A DNA stretch of 15,976 bases from Azolla caroliniana. Taxonomy: Eukaryota > Plantae > Polypodiophyta. The translations under genes and the position numbers were made by a program. This document shows positions 10,920-15,976 of this stretch, in pieces. A model generated the notes under the pieces. That model was not told the DNA's origin. It made no database searches and worked only from the letters and a program-made list of their open reading frames with translations. The stretch spans positions 1 to 15,976 of the forward strand of contig JBHGNT010000769.1 of NCBI GenBank assembly GCA_043228905.1. The letters run 5' to 3'. How positions within the stretch are numbered: position 1 is the first letter of the stretch; each line of letters begins with the position of its first letter.

Positions 10920-11048
10920 CGGTAATGTCCATCTCATCAAAATACATATGAATAAGAATAAATAACATTTTGATAGTGTAGTAACAGTATCTATCACTAT
11001 CTTAAATGAAGTACTTAAATCACTACTGAAACCCCAAGATAAAGATTC
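10920..11048 (-). pseudogene. ndhA: plastid ndhA exon 2 fragment (~43 codons)
   Basis: Translates ESLSWGFSSDLSTSFKIVIDTVTTLSKCYLFLFICILMRWTLP, matching the NdhA C-terminal motif TLxKxYLFLFIxIxxRWTLP(R). Confidence 0.8.
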
Positions 11049-11135
11049 TTGTCCTTTTTTTTTGCCGCAAATTCTTGTACTACAAAAACATTAGAAAATA
11101 ATGATGTTAAGCATAATAGCTATAACCAAATTTTG

Positions 11136-11374
11136 TTAGGTATCGTTCATTTGTCTATTTCTGAGACGATAGGTGGTACATCCTTTAGTAAGATCATAGG
11201 GACTCAATTCCACCCTCATTCTATCCCTAGGTAATATTCTTATATAGTTACGTCAGATCTTTCCCGATATGTGAGTCGATACGTGGCACCCATTATCTGA
11301 ATACACTCTAAACAATGCATTAGGAAGTGATTCTATAACTGTACCTTCCATGTCAATAAGATTTTGTTTTTAAT
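11136..11374 (-). pseudogene. infA: plastid translation initiation factor IF-1, near full length, damaged start and internal TGA
   Basis: [79 protein letters not shown] at 11253-11255. SD-like GGGAGG at 11392-11397 (minus). Confidence 0.93.
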
Positions 11375-11671
11375 CGTTCAAGAGAAATAAGCCTCCCATC
11401 TTATCAACTAATCTTTTTTAGAATATTATTCCGGATTCGTTTGTCAATGCTAGGCCATATAGTTTATATGTGCTTGTGGTTCACTAACACATGAACCGTC
11501 AGCCGCATTTGGTCCCTGTGACACTATTACCGCTAGGTAAGCTTCTAACCACTAGGGCGGCGGAGGTTGGAATTATTCTAAATTTGTTCTATAACTTGAA
11601 ATATCATATATAGAAAGATCGTTGGCAATTACCTTTGGCCCATGGCTTTCTCTCTCTAAGGAAGGGTGGCG

Positions 11672-11822
11672 GGGCCCATAATCCGTTATGAGTATTGATA
11701 TTAATTTTTTTTTCCTTGTCTTTTCCACTTTCACTGGAATCCTCCGAAGTGTCTTCTGGAAAAGCTCTGATGATCAACCTACCAAATTTGCGTCTATCTT
11801 TAAACCAATCTGTTAGAGACAT
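11672..11822 (-). pseudogene. accD: plastid acetyl-CoA carboxylase beta subunit, 5' ~50 codons only
   Basis: MSLTDWFKDRRKFGRLI.AF...KININTHNGLWA resembles the short non-seed-plant AccD N-terminus (MSLxxWFEDKRRFGGLIGAF...KGLW). It breaks before the CxxC zinc finger. Confidence 0.85.
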
Positions 11823-12049
11823 AAATTTATCCTCGTCTACTTTTCACCCCTAACCCAAGGAATTTTAAGTGGTGTTTAGATTACACCTATCCCCTCAACA
11901 GAATAATTGAATGTAGAAATTTATGTACCATCAAAACAATTTCATTAAATATTATCTAATTGGCATAGTTCCCAGCTGAATTTTTAAGTTGTTGACAGGT
12001 TTGATGGCCCAAGAAACTAAAAGACAGTCGGGGGATTTCTTCTACAACC

Positions 12050-12748
12050 GTTCACTTATATGTTATGAATTCGAGAGAAAATCTCCAATGTAAGTACCCC
12101 ACCCATCTAGAAAACCACATTTGAAAACCACATTTGAAAACCAAGGTACAAAAAAAAAATCAGCAATCTTTCAAAGTATGTATATAAGAAAAAACCTTGT
12201 TTTTGATAGATTTGGTAGACTGTTACAAAGGTTGTTTCATTCCAAATAGTCATGATTCGTGTAGATAGAAATATACTCGAGATTGAGATTCTTTCTAAGT
12301 GTACGACTCAGTCAGCCCCACCAAAGCTGAGCCTTGTAAATCCTCTAAAAAAAGGACAAATTTTTTGTTTGGTAATTCCCCTAACTAATCCAAACTTATC
12401 CATATATATGTATATATATATACCTTTTTTTTTCTATATTTGTCTAACGAATCTCTTGTGTATATTAGTGTTCCTTACCATCTACTTTCGTTTAATCCTA
12501 GCAAGTCCTATTTTATTAGGATTCTTAGTATCCACTGCAGGTTTTGGTGGATTCGCCTAAATTTGGATTTAAGCGGTGTTTGCCGCTCAAATATACTTTA
12601 CACCCGCACACGGTGAATGGGGCTTGATCTAGTAATTGCGATATGTTATTCGATCTCACCCAAATGACTATTTTGTTTATGAAGAAACGAGACATTAATT
12701 TCCTAAGCTTAAAGTTTTTTCACCTTCATTTCGTTCAACGAATCACAC
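12050..12748 (-). other. 5' part of the ndhA group II intron (left boundary uncertain)
   Basis: GTGTGATTCGTT begins at 12748, directly after the ndhA exon 1 end (...LSISL). No domain V hairpin or exon 2 start was found, so it is truncated. Confidence 0.65.
12110..12143 (+). repeat. 13-bp tandem repeat GAAAACCACATTT x2.6
   Basis: Read directly at 12110-12122, 12123-12135 and partially at 12136-12143. Confidence 0.9.
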
Positions 12749-13362
12749 ATAGGGATATTGACAAAATGCATTTAACGCTAAAGGGATTTCATAACTGATT
12801 GATTGAGCAGTTGTCCTCAGACCACCCGGAAAAGATGTTACTTGACCCATATCCAGCCATTAGAAGACCCAAGGTTACGATACTTGGGATAGCAATCCAA
12901 AAAGAAACACCTATATTCGGATTAGATAGGATTATATGCTGACCAAAGGGTATCACCAAACGAGTTATGAAGACTGGTATGTCTACAACAACTGGTTTGG
13001 TTTTGAATAACCAGGGATCACTTCCAATGGGGACAATATCTTCCTTTAGAAGAAGCTAAATACCATCTGCCAAGGATTGAATAATCCCCAAGGGACCCGC
13101 ATATTCCGGTCCGATATGCTGTTGCACCCCCACAAACACTTTTCGTTCGAGCCATACGATCACTGAAACCCCTATTGTAACTCCTTTTCCGTAGAGGAGG
13201 TGCCTTACAAAAAACCATTACCTCTAAATTGAATTGATCAGGATTTCACTCCACGACCAACAAAAGGATAGAGGCTAGAATTTGAATTGATTTGAGGGGA
13301 TTTCTAGCAATATCGTGCAAGTGAACTATTGGTTCCGAATAGGTTTCGAAACTAATTACCGT
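12749..13362 (-). pseudogene. ndhA: plastid ndhA exon 1 (NDH subunit 1), with ACG start, ~67-bp insertion, stop and indels
   Basis: [15 protein letters not shown]...[31 protein letters not shown]...FWIAIPS...GLLMAGYGS...[18 protein letters not shown]. Starts 1 nt after the ndhH stop position and ends at the intron GTGTG. Confidence 0.95.
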
Positions 13363-13363
13363 T

Positions 13364-14163
13364 TCGACGATCGACCTCTCCCATAATAATATCTATACTA
13401 CCTGATATTGTCATAATATTTGCTAACTTCATTCCTTTTATTAATTGGGATAGAATCTGTAGATTTGTAAAACCAGGAGAATGAATTTTCCATCTCCAGG
13501 GAAAAACACTATCATCTCCAATTGGGAATACACCTAATTCACGTTTTGGAGCCTCCACCCTCAGATAATGTTCTTGCTTAGGTAACTTAATTGTACGGGA
13601 AGAATTTTTTCCAACAAATTGGTAATTGAATTCGTTCCATTTTGCATCTCCCTGTCGCTAACCAAACTGCATCCCTCTAAATTTTCGTACGGACCTCCCG
13701 GAGGTAGCTTCAATGCTTGTTGAATAATCTTAATTGATTCTCTCATTTCGTTGATTCGTACCAAGTAACAAGCCAACGAGTCTCCTTCTTTTTTTGATTG
13801 GATTTGCCAATCCAATTGATCATAACATTCATAATTATCAACCTTTCGGAGATCCCACTTAACTCCCGATGCTCGTAACAAAGGTCCTGATAAGCCCTAG
13901 TTGATAGCCTCTTCCTTACTCACGAAACCTATACCCTCTACTCGTCTCAGAAAAATAGGATTTCTTGTTATTAGTCGCTCATAATCACCAATTTTTGGAA
14001 GACAATACCTACAGAAGTCTATACATTTGTCTACCCACCCATACAGAAGATCCGCAACTACTCTCCCAATTCAGAAGTAGTTATGCATCATTCGCATACC
14101 TGTAGCAGCTTCAAATAAGTCATAAATCATCTCCCTTTCTCGTAATATATAGAAAAAGGGAGT
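13364..14163 (-). pseudogene. ndhH: plastid ndhH (NDH subunit 7), 3' two-thirds; 5' part cut off by the gypsy insertion
   Basis: [32 protein letters not shown]...[19 protein letters not shown]...GGPYENLE...VEAPK.ELG...PWRWKI...[11 protein letters not shown]. Stops at 14071-14073 and 13897-13899; frameshift near 13655. Confidence 0.97.
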
Positions 14164-14674
14164 TGTTGGCCATGGGTTAGAAAAGTAAATTAGGAAATAA
14201 AAAGTCATCGGTAGGTAGAAAAGTAAGTAAGGAAGTTGTTAAACAAAACGCAACCGAGGTTTCAGCCTTACAATCAGCCAAGGTCTCAACCTTGGGTAGT
14301 AAAAGGCTATATAAACCAGGACTTGTGTACCTCGGCAGGCGGCGATATATAGATACTGTTAGGGAAATTATAGTTGATGAGTCCTCAGCACTACATAGCT
14401 TTATTCCGGCCCATGGGTCGTGTACTGTAACCGAAGGGAATCTCGATTTAATATATACCTCTTGTTGTTCTTCTTATTCGATGATCTTTTCGTAATCATA
14501 CGTTTAAGCTACACACATGGTAAATAGTAATTGGTTGTGGCCAGTATAATCTTTTTCCCCCTCCCCGTTTCCTAACTCAATCTCTGTGTGAGAAGTAGTC
14601 TTCACGTACCACAACCCTTGATACCGATAGCCTCAGGATTCATTGAAGGTGTTTATCCCAAGGAAGAGATAACA
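14164..14674 (+). repeat. 5' LTR of the gypsy element (~511 bp; end 14674 or 14676)
   Basis: TGTT...AACA termini, TATATAAA at 14308-14315, followed within a few nt by the PBS. Confidence 0.75.
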
Positions 14675-14679
14675 CAATT

Positions 14680-14692
14680 TGGCACACCCGGT
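14680..14692 (+). promoter_or_regulatory. primer binding site, tRNA-Arg type
   Basis: TGGCACACCCGGT just after the LTR end; resembles the TGGCACGCCC.GT PBS of plant Tat-like elements. Confidence 0.65.
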
Positions 14693-14983
14693 TACAATGA
14701 ACTATGTAGGAGGCAACCCTCAGCCACCATAATAGCGCCCAATCGCCTCACGTGGTCTCGGTCACCCGCCCATCGCCCCAAGCCCGTCGAGGGCACTTTC
14801 GACTAGGCGCTAACCGAGCAATCCTCACCAGAACTATCGGAGGCACATCGGTTGCAATCCTCGGCACCCGACACCTAATCGCGAGTGGAGTCCGCACTGA
14901 TTTCCCTGTCAAGCCCTTCAGAGGTCACTCAACCTGACCCTAACCCCTTTCCGGTTTTACTTGAAAACCCAAATCTCGACACC

Positions 14984-15976
14984 ATGCCTTACCCTTATCC
15001 GTGATATACCAATGGCCCCGATGCGGAATCACACATCCGTCCTTTCATGTCCACATGGCAGGCCAACCATTCGACGTAGCGGCTCACCGCTGCCGAGATC
15101 AAGTCTTCCAAAATCATGGAATTCACACTATCCCTCGATGGACCGGCCGTTCGCTGGTATTCTCGCCTCAACCTGGGGGAGTTTGCAACGTTCCAAGACG
15201 TTTGCCCTCAATTCCTCAAGCTTTTTCATCGCGAAGTGCGGAAGCGGGAGCTGCTCCGACAGTTTTTTACCATTAGCCAAAAACCCCAAGAGACAGTCGC
15301 CCAGGTCACGATCCAGTTTCAAGATCTTTACCACTAGCATGCCCAGCATGTCTCCGCACACCACATTCCAGATACCTTCCTCGCCGGCCTACGGGAGCCT
15401 CTGCGGACAACCCTAGCACTAACCGACTTCTCCCAACATACAATCAAGTAGGTAATCACACGTGTCCTCGCAATCGATTGGACGCAACACAACACAACTT
15501 TTTCCATGGCTCACTGCAAAGCACTCTCCCTCCACAGGAGGACCATCACTTCTGACAGGCTCTCCAATGCACGGCCTGCTTGGGCTCTGGTCATTTAGCC
15601 ATTGAGTGTCCTCACCGCCCTCCCTGCCCAATCTGCCATTCTCGATTAAATACCGTCGAACAATGTGAATACAATTTGCTCAACCGAACGACAGCCGCCC
15701 CAGTTCGCTAGATCGAGGCTCGAAACAACTACTCACACCAGGACAAGTGCCAATCCTACCATAATAGGGATAACGAGCATCCACAGTCATCGGATCGTCA
15801 ACGATGAGATGACGATTACCGCCGCGATGATGACCGATACCGAGCTGACAATTGAAGGCGATCAGACGATGGCCGTGATCGATATTGCGATGACCACTAT
15901 CGAGCCAATGATGATTACGAACGGTACGATGACGACTAGGATGAATGGTACGAACCGCGTTATTTACGAAATGATT
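14984..15976 (+). pseudogene. gypsy gag remnant (Retrotrans_gag-like domain, two knuckles, D/R/Y-rich tail), several stops
   Basis: MPYPYP*YTNGPDAESHI...EFTLSLDGPAVRWY...FLKLF...ISQKPQETVAQ...DTFLAGLREPLR. Knuckles CTACLGSGHLAIEC (15568-15609) and CPICHSRLNTVEQC (15625-15666). Confidence 0.85.

Larger units (their letters stand above)
10841..14163 (-). other. plastid-derived insertion (NUPT), mosaic and decayed; left boundary approximate
   Basis: Recognisable ndhH, ndhA (with group II intron start), accD and infA pieces with stops and indels, flanked by nuclear retrotransposons. Confidence 0.92.
14164..15976 (+). mobile_element. Ty3/gypsy-type LTR retrotransposon, 5' portion (probably non-chromoviral, Tat/Athila-like)
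   Basis: TG start exactly where ndhH breaks, LTR-like segment, PBS-like TGGCACACCCGGT and a Retrotrans_gag-like frame with zinc knuckles. No pol is in the window, so the lineage is inferred. Confidence 0.85.

Noticed and set aside
12252-12560. Hydrophobic 102-aa plus-strand ORF
   Set aside because: Antisense to AT-rich ndhA intron sequence with TA and T runs; no match to a plastid small protein I recognise.
10841-14163. Possibility that the window is a real plastid or bacterial genome segment
   Set aside because: The genes have stops, frameshifts, truncations and scrambled order, and are interrupted by eukaryotic retrotransposons.
14159-14163. Predicted gypsy TSD GGAGT equals the 5-mer flanking the ndhA insert
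   Set aside because: Opposite strands and only 5 nt, so most likely coincidence.
14292-15416. Short ORFs in the gypsy LTR/leader and alternative frames over gag
   Set aside because: No motifs; they overlap non-coding LTR/UTR or are out of frame with the gag remnant.

Overview
Repeat-rich plant nuclear DNA, most likely from a fern (inferred from the pre-edited plastid codons; species not determinable by eye). No intact host gene is present. There are four nested, decayed blocks. (1) 1-4946: a minus-strand Ty1/copia LTR retrotransposon (5' LTR, tRNA-iMet PBS, single gag-pol frame with 5 stops and 1 frameshift), inserted into (2) 4947-~10840: a plus-strand L1-type LINE (ORF1 with zinc knuckle; ORF2 with APE endonuclease, RT and zf-RVT; short A tail) that carries two internal tandem duplications of different age. 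(3) ~10841-14163: a mosaic plastid-derived insert (NUPT) with pseudogenised ndhH, ndhA exon 1 and partial intron, accD 5' end, infA and an ndhA exon 2 fragment, which still shows unedited codons (ndhH stop written CGA, ndhA start written ACG). (4) 14164-end: a plus-strand Ty3/gypsy element (LTR, tRNA-Arg-type PBS, gag) inserted into ndhH. I cannot support a genuinely new biological system. The best leads are the RNA-editing fossil in the NUPT, its scrambled order, and a copia pol frame that reads through its PPT-like motif into sequence sharing a motif with the LTR.
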